Assembly (NCBI GenBank): GCA_963664705.1
Contig: OY761556.1
Span: 3,680,001-3,744,000 of the forward strand
Reading direction: 5' to 3'
DNA length: 64,000 nt
Source: Acidobacteriota bacterium
GTDB lineage: Bacteria; Acidobacteriota; UBA6911
The notes below the pieces were generated by a model. That model did no database searches. It saw nothing but the letters and a program-made list of their open reading frames with translations, and was not told where the DNA came from. Positions 9,021-19,708 of this stretch are shown one piece after another (within the stretch, counting starts at the first letter, position 1; every line of letters begins with the position of its first letter). The translations under genes and the position numbers were made by a program.

Positions 9021-11252
9021 CTACGGAATTTTGGTTACGATTTTGGCCGTACCGGTATTGCCATCGGCATCACTGGCTCGGATTCCTATCAGGTGTTCCC
9101 CGATTGCAAGTTCGGCAGTAGTCACCTTGTACTCTTCCATGGCCGAATCCGCAATTCCGTCCACAGGAAACAGGAGATTCCACTCTCCCCCATCAACCGA
9201 GAACTCGGCAGTGGCAATTCTACCGGTTGTTACGCTGGCGCGGAATTGCGCTTCTACTTTCTTTCCCACCACCTTGTTTGCGGTGATTTCGATTTTCGGA
9301 GTGGAATTCACGATTACGAACGGATCAGAAACTAACTCTCCGATCAGGAACCTATCATAGGGGTTGTTCGGGGCATCGCTGGCGACAACTTTTACCCGGT
9401 ATGTCCCGTCCGGAAGCGCCGCCGCATTCAGAGTGTAGAAAGTATCGGTGAGCTTCTTCTCGAGCAGCTTCCATTCTGACTCGCCATCCCCTTTAAAAAA
9501 CAGCGAATATTCCAACGTATCTTCATTATCATCGGTGGCTCGCCATGTGAAGGATTGAGCTCCCGGCGTCAGCACCTGTCGAGGCGAAAGCGGCTGCCGT
9601 TCTCTGCTGCGTTCCCGCGGAGAGTTCAGCGATCTGCCGTCGGAAGTTGAGGAGGGCGTCACAATCCCCATGCTGACGATGGTCAGCGACGATTGCTTCT
9701 GAAGCTCCACTCCATAGGGCAGGACATCGATGGAGGTCACTTGCGGACGGAGGTTCTGCTGCAAATAGGCGATCTGTACCTTTTCGATCATATCCGCAGA
9801 TGAACCTGCCGGCGATCCTGATGCCTTTTTAAAGGTGGCTCGCCATTGCAGGTAACGGGCACGCGGGCTTGTGATCTGCTGTCCCGGGCTGGAGTAGGGA
9901 GAACTCCACTCGCTCCAGGAATTGTCCGCCTTGTCTGTATTTCCCGATCGGGTGGCAATCTCGATCCCTGCGCCCGCCGGATTCGAAACCCGCCACGATA
10001 TTTTACCCCAGGAGGACACAATTCTTGCATCCAGGGCATTCGATTCGAAGGTTCCGGTCTGAGCCCGCTGCGGCAGCAACCGGTAAACCTTGCCCTGGTT
10101 ACTTGCGCCGGCGTAGATCACATCCCCCGCCGACAAAAGCCTGGTCACCTGCTCTTCGGGCGTATCCGAAAGAACGGTCACCTGCTTGGCGGCATCAATG
10201 GAGAAGAGACGCCCCTTGGGTCCTGTGGCGATGAGTAGCGATCCATCCGGCCGAAGAACAGAGTCATATACCATCTGCTCGTTGGAACTGTAGATGGTTT
10301 CAATGCTCCCGCTTCGAGTAATGGCATATACGGCCGATTTTGCCCCGGCCGAATCCTTTTCACTTCCGGTTAGGGAAAGGGCCTTTGTGTCTTTTGCCTT
10401 ATCCGGCACCGTAATCACCGACTCGATTGTTACTGTGGCCGTAGCAGTAGCGGTGGATTCCTTTGTGGTGGTTGAGGCTTTTGAAGCCGCAGCTGTATTC
10501 AGTCCTCTGGCAGAGGAAACCAGCGCATAAATGGTTCCCGTTCGATCGACCGTCAGCGAATGCACTTCTTCCAGCGCAGAGTCCAGCAAAGTGAAACCCT
10601 TGCCCTCCGAATTGATTTCGACAATTAAGCCTCCCGGAGACGTACCGGCCAGAATGCTGTTGTTATCGCGGATTAAGGTCACCACGTGGTTGTCGCTGCA
10701 GGTGTAGAAGGTATTCTTCTTCCCGCTTTTATCCACCTTATAGATTGTTCCATTCGATCCGGTCCCGACATAGAGATCTCCGGCGGCATCGAAGATCATG
10801 GACCAGATATATTTTGAATCCAGGTCGCAGAATTCCGTCCCCTGGTTGGGGCCGGTCACCTTGTAGATTTTCCCATCCGGGGATGTCCCCACATAGAGAA
10901 CGTCCGCACTATCCAGTGCCATCGCAAAGATATCAAGCTCCTTGGACTGAAAGTAGAGGCTTCCCTTCCCCTGCGGGTCAATCCTGAATACCTTTCCTTC
11001 ATCGCCGGTGCCGACAAAGATGTTGCCCGCCTTGTCTCGGACCATTGAGAAAATGTATGGCTGCCCGGTGTCATATAGAAGGCCGTAATCGGAAGCCAGG
11101 AAAAGCCTGCCGTCCGGCGTGACCGAGACGTGATCGAGTTTACCTTTGAGCAGATCCTGCGGCGTAAAATCCTCCCAAAACTGTGGAGTAACCGCCCAGG
11201 CGGCAATGGCAACAACAAGAAAAATGATCGGCAGCGCGATTAGTTTTCGCAT
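9021..11252 (-). CDS. Secreted beta-propeller repeat protein with C-terminal Ig/FN3-like domains
   Basis: Signal peptide; repeated xYVGTxxxGKxYKx blades; RYLQWRA; LPDGTYRVKVVASD. Confidence 0.75.
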   Translation of the reverse strand: MRKLIALPIIFLVVAIAAWAVTPQFWEDFTPQDLLKGKLDHVSVTPDGRLFLASDYGLLYDTGQPYIFSMVRDKAGNIFVGTGDEGKVFRIDPQGKGSLYFQSKELDIFAMALDSADVLYVGTSPDGKIYKVTGPNQGTEFCDLDSKYIWSMIFDAAGDLYVGTGSNGTIYKVDKSGKKNTFYTCSDNHVVTLIRDNNSILAGTSPGGLIVEINSEGKGFTLLDSALEEVHSLTVDRTGTIYALVSSARGLNTAAASKASTTTKESTATATATVTIESVITVPDKAKDTKALSLTGSEKDSAGAKSAVYAITRSGSIETIYSSNEQMVYDSVLRPDGSLLIATGPKGRLFSIDAAKQVTVLSDTPEEQVTRLLSAGDVIYAGASNQGKVYRLLPQRAQTGTFESNALDARIVSSWGKISWRVSNPAGAGIEIATRSGNTDKADNSWSEWSSPYSSPGQQITSPRARYLQWRATFKKASGSPAGSSADMIEKVQIAYLQQNLRPQVTSIDVLPYGVELQKQSSLTIVSMGIVTPSSTSDGRSLNSPRERSRERQPLSPRQVLTPGAQSFTWRATDDNEDTLEYSLFFKGDGESEWKLLEKKLTDTFYTLNAAALPDGTYRVKVVASDAPNNPYDRFLIGELVSDPFVIVNSTPKIEITANKVVGKKVEAQFRASVTTGRIATAEFSVDGGEWNLLFPVDGIADSAMEEYKVTTAELAIGEHLIGIRASDADGNTGTAKIVTKIP

Positions 11253-11316
11253 CGCAATTCCTTTGCAAGACTCAACGTGAGAACTGTTCCCGGCTATACC
11301 GGGAACAAAACCGAGG

Positions 11317-13164
11317 TCAGGGTTTGATCGTTAACTTGAGTGCCTTGGCACCGGTGACCATGTAGTCGCTTCTTGGCAGCTCAAATTCCATCAGAGTCGA
11401 TGTGCGAATGGATGTTATGGCACCTACCTTTCGCTCCGACTTGAGAATCGACAGAATCGATGGTGGCAATCCTGGCAGCCCCTCTCCTTTTACAACGGCA
11501 CCGGGCTCCTGGCGGAAAAACCGAACGTACAAATAGTCATTTTTCCGAAGATTGTTGATGAACTTGATCAACTGCGTGAGATCCCGCGGAATCAGGTTTT
11601 CACCCTCTTCCTGTTCATCCAGCGCCATAATTGTGGCGCCGTCCGCAATCAGCATCGTCAGCGGTCCGGGAGATGCATTCTCAGGTATCTTGATGGGAAA
11701 CGTTTGCTGGATCACATCGCCGTTGCCTTTCTTGTACGTAAGATCCAGGTTTAGCGATTCACCCGCCCGCACTTCGGTCCGCTGAAAGCGCATGGAGTCA
11801 AGCACCGCCGTCAGGTCGTTTTCCGTTGAAGAAACATCCAGGTCGATCGATTCCAGATCCAAATTCTTATAGCCGGCAGACATCAGATAATTCACCGGCA
11901 CGGCAATGGACATGGATGCGGAAGTGGGAGCATTGCCATCTGAGGAAAATCTGTTGTCGAGCACAACTTCCTGCTCTCCCTTGATTTTGATCTTTCCCCT
12001 GACCTGCAGCGTGGCATAGCCCTGCGCTCGTTCTGAGGCAACGACCGAATTGTATATCGTAAGGTTGACAAGAAGCGGCGTCAGGAACGGATCACGCGCC
12101 AGCTCATAACGGAGCTCCTTCTTGGCTCCACGGCTCGTTGTCATGTGCACGGTCAATGGAATCATCCGCGGCTTTTCCCCCACTAGACCGTAGATGCCCA
12201 TTCCCCGATCCTGGCGAATAGCTCCGGCCATTTCACCGGTTTCGAGAATTTTGAACGAGCTCTCCAGACTCGGGAAAACCGTGATTGCCCGCCCCTTATA
12301 CATCGGCAGTTCTGTGAAACCCAGGTTGAACATGCTGTGCCCAAAGGCATACAGCCGATTGCCGTCGATATGGGTTACGGTCCCTCCGGCGGATACATCC
12401 AGATCGCCGCGCACCAGGGGTACGATGATGTTGGAACCCGGCTCAAGCGGCGAAGAATCCTGCAGGGTGGTAACGCTTTTTGCGCTGGGGCTGCTTCCAC
12501 CGCCCCCCTGCATCAATGACATCCCCATGGCTCGAAATTGCGGGGCAAAAACCTTCAGGGTTTCCGGATCAAAACCTCCAAGACTCAAGGGCGTTGCAAT
12601 CGGAATCAGTGCATGCCCGCCAAAAGCAGCGAGCGGTTGCTGCTGCTTGAATTCAGCAGGAGCAAGCGATAGCTCTCTGGCACTCAGTTCACCGGCACGC
12701 AGCGGCAAGTGATAATTCCAACGGCTACTTTTCTGAACACTTCTGGGAGCAGTGGATGATCCGACGGATTCCTGAAAGGCATCCACCATCTGGGTGATGG
12801 GGGTGATTCCGCCAATAGCCTCCTTGGCAAACGAGTACGAAAAGGCAACCGCGCCCAGGAGCTTTCCATCTATATACACAGGACTGCCCGACATGCCTTC
12901 GAATATGCCGGTCTTTTCAAGAGATGCCCCGCTGAATTTCGCCAGCACAGCACTCGCTCCAGGGTTGATCCCCTGCAGCACTCCGAGGACTTCCACCTGG
13001 AATTCCTCCGGCTTGGTCCCCTGAAAACAGGTCTTGCCGATCCCCTTCATTCCGGGCCGGACATCCTCGAGTTTCATGAGTTCTGTTTTTGCTGAAGCCG
13101 CTAAGGAGAAAAGCAGAAGAGCGAGCGCGGCAAGTGCCGCCAGGAACCATCTTCTTTTCATCAA
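11317..13164 (-). CDS. SpoIVB peptidase S55-domain secreted protein
   Basis: GIGKTCFQGT, EGMSGSPVYIDGKLLGAVAF, GGTVTHIDG..FGH. Confidence 0.85.
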   Translation of the reverse strand: MMKRRWFLAALAALALLLFSLAASAKTELMKLEDVRPGMKGIGKTCFQGTKPEEFQVEVLGVLQGINPGASAVLAKFSGASLEKTGIFEGMSGSPVYIDGKLLGAVAFSYSFAKEAIGGITPITQMVDAFQESVGSSTAPRSVQKSSRWNYHLPLRAGELSARELSLAPAEFKQQQPLAAFGGHALIPIATPLSLGGFDPETLKVFAPQFRAMGMSLMQGGGGSSPSAKSVTTLQDSSPLEPGSNIIVPLVRGDLDVSAGGTVTHIDGNRLYAFGHSMFNLGFTELPMYKGRAITVFPSLESSFKILETGEMAGAIRQDRGMGIYGLVGEKPRMIPLTVHMTTSRGAKKELRYELARDPFLTPLLVNLTIYNSVVASERAQGYATLQVRGKIKIKGEQEVVLDNRFSSDGNAPTSASMSIAVPVNYLMSAGYKNLDLESIDLDVSSTENDLTAVLDSMRFQRTEVRAGESLNLDLTYKKGNGDVIQQTFPIKIPENASPGPLTMLIADGATIMALDEQEEGENLIPRDLTQLIKFINNLRKNDYLYVRFFRQEPGAVVKGEGLPGLPPSILSILKSERKVGAITSIRTSTLMEFELPRSDYMVTGAKALKLTIKP

Positions 13165-13284
13165 GACAACCTTTCAAAAGCGCAAATTATATCAGAACTA
13201 ACCAAACGTTGAACGTTGAACGTTGGGCATACCGCCCATCTTCGCGCTTGATCTTTGCCCCTTCCGTGGCCTAATTTTCTCTGC

Positions 13285-13902
13285 ATGCAGCCAAAGGACA
13301 TCTGCGCGGTCATATTGGCAGGAGGGCGAAGCAGCCGAATGGGCTGCAATAAGGCCCTGCTCGAAGTAAATGGGAAGCTTCTAATCCAGACGCTCATTGA
13401 TCGCGTATCTCCGGTCACAGACCAAATCCTCATCTCATCTAACGACCCGGACTGTTATAAGTTCCTTGATTTTCCCATCATTCCAGATCGATTCCCGGGA
13501 AACGGCCCTCTTGCCGGATTTCAGTCCGCAATGCTTGCGAGCAGCTATTCCCTGTATTTGCTGCTGGCCTGCGATCTCCCAAACCTGAAAACACCATTGC
13601 TGCGCAGGCTCCTGTCCATGGCAGAGGGTTTCGATGCAGTTATTCCGCGCACTCTTGACGGCATTGCGCACCCTTTATGCGCCGTATATCGCCGAACCTG
13701 CCTTCAGGCGGTGGAGCGAGCGCTGACTCGGGGCGACAATAAAGTGATTCGTACCTTCCTGGAAGATTCCCTTGTGGTGCGATGGGTCGAGCCCAAAGAG
13801 GGCAATTTTGACGATGAAGATCTGGCTAATATCAACACCCCAGAGGACTTACGAAACCTGAAAATCCATTTCTCCAAACCTGGCGACACACTCAAGATGT
13901 AG
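13285..13902 (+). CDS. mobA: Molybdenum cofactor guanylyltransferase
   Basis: ILAGGRSSRMGCNKA, GPLAG, ACDLP, HPLCAVY, NINTPED. Confidence 0.92.
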   Translation: MQPKDICAVILAGGRSSRMGCNKALLEVNGKLLIQTLIDRVSPVTDQILISSNDPDCYKFLDFPIIPDRFPGNGPLAGFQSAMLASSYSLYLLLACDLPNLKTPLLRRLLSMAEGFDAVIPRTLDGIAHPLCAVYRRTCLQAVERALTRGDNKVIRTFLEDSLVVRWVEPKEGNFDDEDLANINTPEDLRNLKIHFSKPGDTLKM

Positions 13903-14050
13903 TGGTTATGAAGAGCAATGCCTACGATATGTTGTGATTTTTCTTTGCCTCCCCGAACACCCCTATGCTATAGTGACGTCCGTATTCGAGCTCTCCGGTA
14001 ACTCAGGGTTTTGCCCTTCGCAGGGAGTTATACCTTTATTGCGGGCTGAT

Positions 14051-15007
14051 ATGGAACGGCATCAGACGACCAACGTGCATTTTGGAAGGTTTTTCCGAAC
14101 GATTCTCCCTGCCTTCCTGATCCTGGTTCTTGGCGTGGCTGTGATTTTGGGAGTGATGGTTTACAAGATCTCGTACCCGCCCGCCGTGCAGGAAGCAGCA
14201 AACCCGTCTCATTATTCGCTACCCTCGCTGGATGTGACGGTACCGACAAATGACGGTAAAGATTTGGCAGCATGGTGGATACCGGGATTGCGGGGTGCTC
14301 CGGCAATCATCCTGGCTCCGGGTTATGGCATGAACCGGGCGGATGCACTCAGCCTGGCATTCGCACTTCACGAAAGCGGATTCAACCTGCTGACATTTGA
14401 CCAGAGGGGCAACGGAGCAGTTCCAAAGGGCGCGAGTACGCTGGGCTTGCTTGAAACAGGGGACATGCTGCAGGCAATAAAGCTTGTCCAAGGCCGGCCC
14501 GAAAGCAATGGGAAGCGATTGGGTATTTGGGGTACGGATATTGGAGCTCTATCAGCCCTGAAGGCCGCCGGAGACTGTCCGGAGGTGCGCGCGATTGTTG
14601 CGGATGGCGCCTACGAATCGCCCGCCGATTTCCTGGGCTACCGGATTGCGGAAGATTTCGGCGTGGATAACAGGCTGGTCGATCTTGGAGCCTTTCAGTT
14701 TTTTAAGCTGGCTCATATCCGCCGTTTTTCGGCTGCAAGAAAGGCGGATGTTCCTGTCCAGGCGCTTTCAGACCGGACCATTCTTTTTATTAATGGGGAA
14801 AACCATAGGGGCCTGGCAGAACTGACCACGGCCATCTATGACAGGATTCAGCCTCAGAAGGAAATCATTTCGTTCAAAACGGCACGAACGCATGTCATGA
14901 ACGGAGAAGATCTAAAGAGCTACGACCGGCAGGTGGCGAATTTTTTCCACCTGAATTTGGTAGCGCCAACGGACGCGGAATCGCAGAAGAACGCGGACCA
15001 ACACTGA
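14051..15007 (+). CDS. Membrane-anchored alpha/beta-hydrolase-fold protein (atypical nucleophile elbow)
   Basis: N-terminal TM; DGKDLAAWWIPG, FDQRGNG, WGTDIGA, AIVADG. Confidence 0.8.
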   Translation: MERHQTTNVHFGRFFRTILPAFLILVLGVAVILGVMVYKISYPPAVQEAANPSHYSLPSLDVTVPTNDGKDLAAWWIPGLRGAPAIILAPGYGMNRADALSLAFALHESGFNLLTFDQRGNGAVPKGASTLGLLETGDMLQAIKLVQGRPESNGKRLGIWGTDIGALSALKAAGDCPEVRAIVADGAYESPADFLGYRIAEDFGVDNRLVDLGAFQFFKLAHIRRFSAARKADVPVQALSDRTILFINGENHRGLAELTTAIYDRIQPQKEIISFKTARTHVMNGEDLKSYDRQVANFFHLNLVAPTDAESQKNADQH

Positions 15008-15050
15008 CTTAATCTGCAAACGCTGATTTGTTCAGGAGAATAAAGCTGCA

Positions 15051-18000
15051 ATGAACCATATCAGGAAACTGGAGCTCGTTGGATTCAAGTCCTTTTGCGA
15101 TCGTACCCACATTCCTTTCAATGAAGGAATCACCGCGATTGTTGGACCAAACGGTTGCGGAAAAAGCAATATTTCGGACGCCATCAGTTGGGTCGTTGGC
15201 GAACAAAGCGCCAAGTCCCTGCGTACCGATAAAATGGAAGGGGTTATTTTCAACGGCACCCAGAAGCGCAAGCCCACCGGGTACGCGGAGGTCATTCTCA
15301 CCCTTGCCCTTGACAACCCGATCGAAATCCAGGGCGTTCCGGAACTGAACCCGGATGGTTTCACAGTCGGCCGCAGACTCTATCGCTCCGGCGAAAGCGA
15401 ATATTACCTGGATGGTAAACGCTGCCGCCTGAAGGACATTCAATCTCTTTTCGAAGGAACCGGCCTGGGACCCAACTCCTACGCAATCCTGGAGCAGGGC
15501 AGAATCGGACAGATCCTAAGCTCCAAGCCTGCAGAACGCCGTGCCCTTATAGAAGAAGCCGCTCGTATCACCTTGTTTAAAAGCCGGCGGCTTTCGGCGG
15601 AAACCAAACTTGAACTCGCGCAGCAGAACCTGGTGCGGGCGCAGGACATCATTCGAGAAGTCGTTCGCCAGTTGAATTCCCTCAGCCGGCAGGCTGCGAA
15701 AGCACGCCGCTATAATCGTCTGCGCGATGAACTGCGGTCCGTGCAACGGCTGAAGGCTGGCATGGAAGAGCGTCAGCTTCGGGCAAAACTGATGGAATGC
15801 TCCACGCGTTTTGCCAACGCGCAGGATGATGAGCAGGCTATCCTCTCCGAACTATCGACGGCAGAGGTGGCACGTGAAACGGCATGGCAGGGTTGCGTGG
15901 CTCAGGAAGAAGAGGTCAACCGAAGCCGGGAGCAGCTCAACGCGCTGAAGGTAGATGCCGGAAACGCGCAGAACACGCTGGAAAACCAAGAGACACAGCG
16001 TCTCGGACTGATTTCCCGCGGCGGTGAGCTCGACCGGGAACAGAAAGCCATTGAAGAGCGCCGTGGGCTGACGCAGCACGAAATTGAGCGGCTCACCCAT
16101 GCCTCCAAAACCATTGCCGAAGAGATCACGCGGGATCAGGAATCTCTTGACGCCGAGCAGGCAAAGAGCGGAGTCCTTCAGGAAGCCATTCACGAAACCG
16201 AGGGCAAAATCGACGATTTGCGTTCCTTCCTGCTGACCGGGGCAGGAAAACTCTCCGATCTTAAAAACCTGCAGGCCCGATGCCAGGAAAGCATCGAGCG
16301 CATTGCCGCACGCACGATTCGCCTCGAGGACGAAACGCAGGCAAAGGCAAAAGAGCGCACGGCACGCGCCGCCGAACTCGACCAGGTGCGCAAGGATTTT
16401 GAGGCCAAGACAAGACGGCAACAGGAAGTTGCAGAAAACTGTGAGGATTGCGAATCGAAAAGCGTGCAACTGGCGTCGCGTTTTGAGCAGCTATCGAATG
16501 AACTCCAGGAGCAGGTCAACGAACACGGACTGATGCAACACCGTTATTCATCGCTTGAAGAAGTCGAACGGCGTCGAAGCAACTACTCCGAGGGCGTTCA
16601 GAAATTCCTGTCCACGCGAATCCCCGGGGAGGATGCGCCGCAGGCCAAAACCCTCGCCGATCACATCGAGGCAGACCCGGCCTATGAAGTGGCGCTCGAA
16701 GATTATCTCAATGATCCGCTGCAATACATCATTGTCGACAGCCGCGACGATGCGGTGACCAGCATCGACCGTTTGAAAAAGATCGGCGCCGGAAAATGCA
16801 CGTTCATGACCCTGCGCAACGGACACAGCCGTCACGAGACCGCCGTGCGGCGGCCACAAATCAGCGGCGACGGAGTCGTGGGATACCTCGATGACCTGCT
16901 GCACATGACGCCGGATATCAAGAACGCCTTCGAGCGCGCCCTGCCGGACTATGCTTCAACCATCATGGTCGCAGATCTGCACACCGCATTCCGCGTGGCG
17001 GAAAATGTATCCGGCGCAAATTTCCTGACCCTGTCGGGTGAATCCTACTCGCCAAGAGGTACGCTCTCCGCAGTGGGCGAGCGCAAATCGATGGCGGGAT
17101 TCCTAGCCCTTAAGCGCGAAAAACGCGAGCTGGGGAAAAAGTTGAACGCCCTGCAGGAAAAAATCCAGGCAACCCGCGGAGAGATTGCAAATCTCAAGCA
17201 GGAGCAGGCAGCTAATGCGGAGATGCTGAAAGTGCTCACGGCCGAATCCCGCAAGCTGGAAGTTGAGACAGCTCTAAAGCGCCAGGAAATAGCCAGGCTC
17301 GAGGCCGAGCTCGGAAAAATCGCCCAGGCAGAACATGTGGCCACTTCTGAGCTCGGGCAGCTGGCGGAAGAAAATATCGGTCTGGAAGCGAAGCTGGTAG
17401 AAGCGGCCGCTCAAATCAAAGAAATCGAATTGCGCAGCGGAAGCAGCAATGAAGAACTGCATGAGCTCAATGCCCGGCTGCAATCCCTGCGGACCGACAG
17501 TGCAATGCTGTCAAAAGAGCTCGCCACCATGACCTCCGCGCATGCCGTCAAGAAAGAACGGAAAAACGGCATGGAGGCGGATTTGAAGCGCCTTGCGGCG
17601 GAACTGGAAGACTCGCAGAAGCGGGCCGAGGTCAACCGCTCCGAAGCGGCCCTCGCCACAAAGAGAATCGGAGAACTGGAAAAAGCCCAGCAGGAAATCC
17701 GCATACGCATTGAGGAATGCGGACGTCTTATCCAGGAAGCGGGAAAGGATCTGGAAGAAAAACAGAAGCAGATGCTTGAGCTGCGAGCATCTCTCTCGGG
17801 CTTTGAAGAAGAGCTTCGCCGGTTGCATGTGCGCCGTGAAGACGCCATGAATACCCGAAGCAAGATCGAGATCGAAAAAACGCGACTGGAGAGCGATCTC
17901 GAACACCTTGAACGCAGCTGCCAGGAAGAATTCCATCTGTCAGTCGCCGAGCTGGTGGCCGAGATTCAGGATACCGATTGGACCCGGGAATACTCCGAAG

Positions 18001-18656
18001 TGGCGGACAGCCATGACCGGCTCCGCAAGATTATTGAAAACTTCGGCGCCATCAACATGCGCGCGCTCGAAGAATATAAGGAACTCGATGACAGATACCA
18101 GTTCCTCAACGGCCAACGGCTTGACATCGAAAAATCGATCGCCGACACGCAGAAAGCCATTGCGGAAATCAATAAACGATCGGTGGAACAGTTCGAGGAA
18201 GCGTTCAAAGCTATTCGGCAGAACTTCCAGGAAGTATTCCAGATTCTCTTTGCCGGCGGTCAATGCGATCTCAAGCTGCTTGATGAAGGAGATGTCCTTG
18301 ATAGCGGCATCGATATCATCGCGCAGCCTCCCGGAAAACGCCTGCAGAACGTACTCCTCCTGTCCGGAGGAGAAAAGGCGCTGACTGCGCTGGCCCTGCT
18401 GATCGCCATCTTCCGCTATAGACCGAGTCCGCTATGCGTTCTGGACGAAGTCGATGCGCCGCTGGATGACGCCAATGTCGGTCGGTTTGCTCGCCTGATA
18501 TCGGAGCTGAGCAAGAACACGCAATTCATAATAATTACCCACAATAAGAACACTATGGAAACCGCCCAATCGATGTATGGAGTCACAATGGAGGAACCGG
18601 GAGTTTCCAAGATCCTTGGCGTCGATTTCCGACCCAAAGAACAAGCCATCGCGTAA
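15051..18656 (+). CDS. smc: Chromosome partition protein Smc
   Basis: GFKSF, GPNGCGKSN, long coiled coils with hinge, LSGGEK, LDEVDAPLD. Confidence 0.98.
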   Translation: MNHIRKLELVGFKSFCDRTHIPFNEGITAIVGPNGCGKSNISDAISWVVGEQSAKSLRTDKMEGVIFNGTQKRKPTGYAEVILTLALDNPIEIQGVPELNPDGFTVGRRLYRSGESEYYLDGKRCRLKDIQSLFEGTGLGPNSYAILEQGRIGQILSSKPAERRALIEEAARITLFKSRRLSAETKLELAQQNLVRAQDIIREVVRQLNSLSRQAAKARRYNRLRDELRSVQRLKAGMEERQLRAKLMECSTRFANAQDDEQAILSELSTAEVARETAWQGCVAQEEEVNRSREQLNALKVDAGNAQNTLENQETQRLGLISRGGELDREQKAIEERRGLTQHEIERLTHASKTIAEEITRDQESLDAEQAKSGVLQEAIHETEGKIDDLRSFLLTGAGKLSDLKNLQARCQESIERIAARTIRLEDETQAKAKERTARAAELDQVRKDFEAKTRRQQEVAENCEDCESKSVQLASRFEQLSNELQEQVNEHGLMQHRYSSLEEVERRRSNYSEGVQKFLSTRIPGEDAPQAKTLADHIEADPAYEVALEDYLNDPLQYIIVDSRDDAVTSIDRLKKIGAGKCTFMTLRNGHSRHETAVRRPQISGDGVVGYLDDLLHMTPDIKNAFERALPDYASTIMVADLHTAFRVAENVSGANFLTLSGESYSPRGTLSAVGERKSMAGFLALKREKRELGKKLNALQEKIQATRGEIANLKQEQAANAEMLKVLTAESRKLEVETALKRQEIARLEAELGKIAQAEHVATSELGQLAEENIGLEAKLVEAAAQIKEIELRSGSSNEELHELNARLQSLRTDSAMLSKELATMTSAHAVKKERKNGMEADLKRLAAELEDSQKRAEVNRSEAALATKRIGELEKAQQEIRIRIEECGRLIQEAGKDLEEKQKQMLELRASLSGFEEELRRLHVRREDAMNTRSKIEIEKTRLESDLEHLERSCQEEFHLSVAELVAEIQDTDWTREYSEVADSHDRLRKIIENFGAINMRALEEYKELDDRYQFLNGQRLDIEKSIADTQKAIAEINKRSVEQFEEAFKAIRQNFQEVFQILFAGGQCDLKLLDEGDVLDSGIDIIAQPPGKRLQNVLLLSGGEKALTALALLIAIFRYRPSPLCVLDEVDAPLDDANVGRFARLISELSKNTQFIIITHNKNTMETAQSMYGVTMEEPGVSKILGVDFRPKEQAIA

Positions 18657-18736
18657 TTGACGATTTACGATTGACGATTTACGATTGTTGACTGACGGTT
18701 ATTTACGATCGTCAACCGTCAATCGTAAATCGTCAA
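18657..18736. repeat. Inverted array of heptamers (TTGACGA/TTTACGA ... TCGTAAA/TCGTCAA)
   Basis: Four heptamers on the left mirrored by four reverse-complement heptamers on the right. Confidence 0.8.
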
Positions 18737-18752
18737 TTCATTTGGGGGTGTT

Positions 18753-19640
18753 ATGGCACTCGTAACCGAGACCAATCTGACTGGAGTAAAACTGCTGCGC
18801 CGTGGCAAGGTTCGGGACATCTACGAATACGGCGACAACCTTCTACTGATCGCTTCCGACAGGATTTCGGCTTTCGACGTGGTACTGCCAACGCCCGTTC
18901 CCATGAAGGGCGCAGTTTTGACGCAGCTTTCCCAGTTCTGGTTCGATATGATGCGCGATGTGGTGCCCAATCACCTGATCAGCACCGATGTCAGCCAATT
19001 CCCCGCGGATCTGCAAAAGCATCGGGATATCCTGCACCTCCGTTCCATGCTTTCGGTCAAAGCGGATATGTTCCCCATTGAGTGCGTTGCACGCGGCTAT
19101 CTTGCCGGATCCGGATGGAAGGAATACCAGGAAAGCCGATCGGTATGCGGCATTGCGCTTCCGGCCGGATTGAAGGAATGCGACCGGCTTCCCGAGCCGA
19201 TCTTTACACCGTCAACCAAGGCCGAAGCCGGCCACGACATAAATATCTCGTTTGAAGAGGCTGCGAAGATCATCGGGCAGGAAGATGCCGGCAAGCTGCG
19301 CGAGCTCACGCTTAAGATATACAACCGTGCGGTTGAATATGCCCTGACCAAGGGAATCATCATTGCGGACGTGAAGTTTGAGTTTGGAGTCTATCAGGGA
19401 CAGATCATTCTGTGCGATGAAGTACTGACGCCCGACTCGTCAAGATTCTGGCCCCTTGCCAGCTACAAACCGGGACAGGGCCAGCCTTCCTTCGATAAGC
19501 AATACGTACGGGATTACCTCGAACAGATCAAATTCGATAAGAGGCCGCCGGGTCCGGAGCTTCCTGAATCAGTCGTTCGCGGCACCATGGATAAATATAT
19601 GGAAGCCTATCGCCTCCTCACCGGAAAAGTACTGCAATAA
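18753..19640 (+). CDS. purC: SAICAR synthetase
   Basis: RGKVRDIY, SDRISAFD, ECVARGYLAGSG, FTPSTK, DVKFEFG, DEVLTPDSSRFW, DKQYVR. Confidence 0.97.
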   Translation: MALVTETNLTGVKLLRRGKVRDIYEYGDNLLLIASDRISAFDVVLPTPVPMKGAVLTQLSQFWFDMMRDVVPNHLISTDVSQFPADLQKHRDILHLRSMLSVKADMFPIECVARGYLAGSGWKEYQESRSVCGIALPAGLKECDRLPEPIFTPSTKAEAGHDINISFEEAAKIIGQEDAGKLRELTLKIYNRAVEYALTKGIIIADVKFEFGVYQGQIILCDEVLTPDSSRFWPLASYKPGQGQPSFDKQYVRDYLEQIKFDKRPPGPELPESVVRGTMDKYMEAYRLLTGKVLQ

Positions 19641-19666
19641 CGCCGCCTCAAAATCTTTGTCTTACC

Positions 19667-19708
19667 TTCCACGAATTATCACAAAAGCTTTTGTGATAAT
19701 TCGTGGAA
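19667..19708. repeat. Perfect 42-bp palindrome
   Basis: TTCCACGAATTATCACAAAAG|CTTTTGTGATAATTCGTGGAA, no spacer. Confidence 0.9.

Noticed and set aside
18657-18736. CRISPR array
   Set aside because: 7-nt units with no unique spacers; no cas genes anywhere in the window
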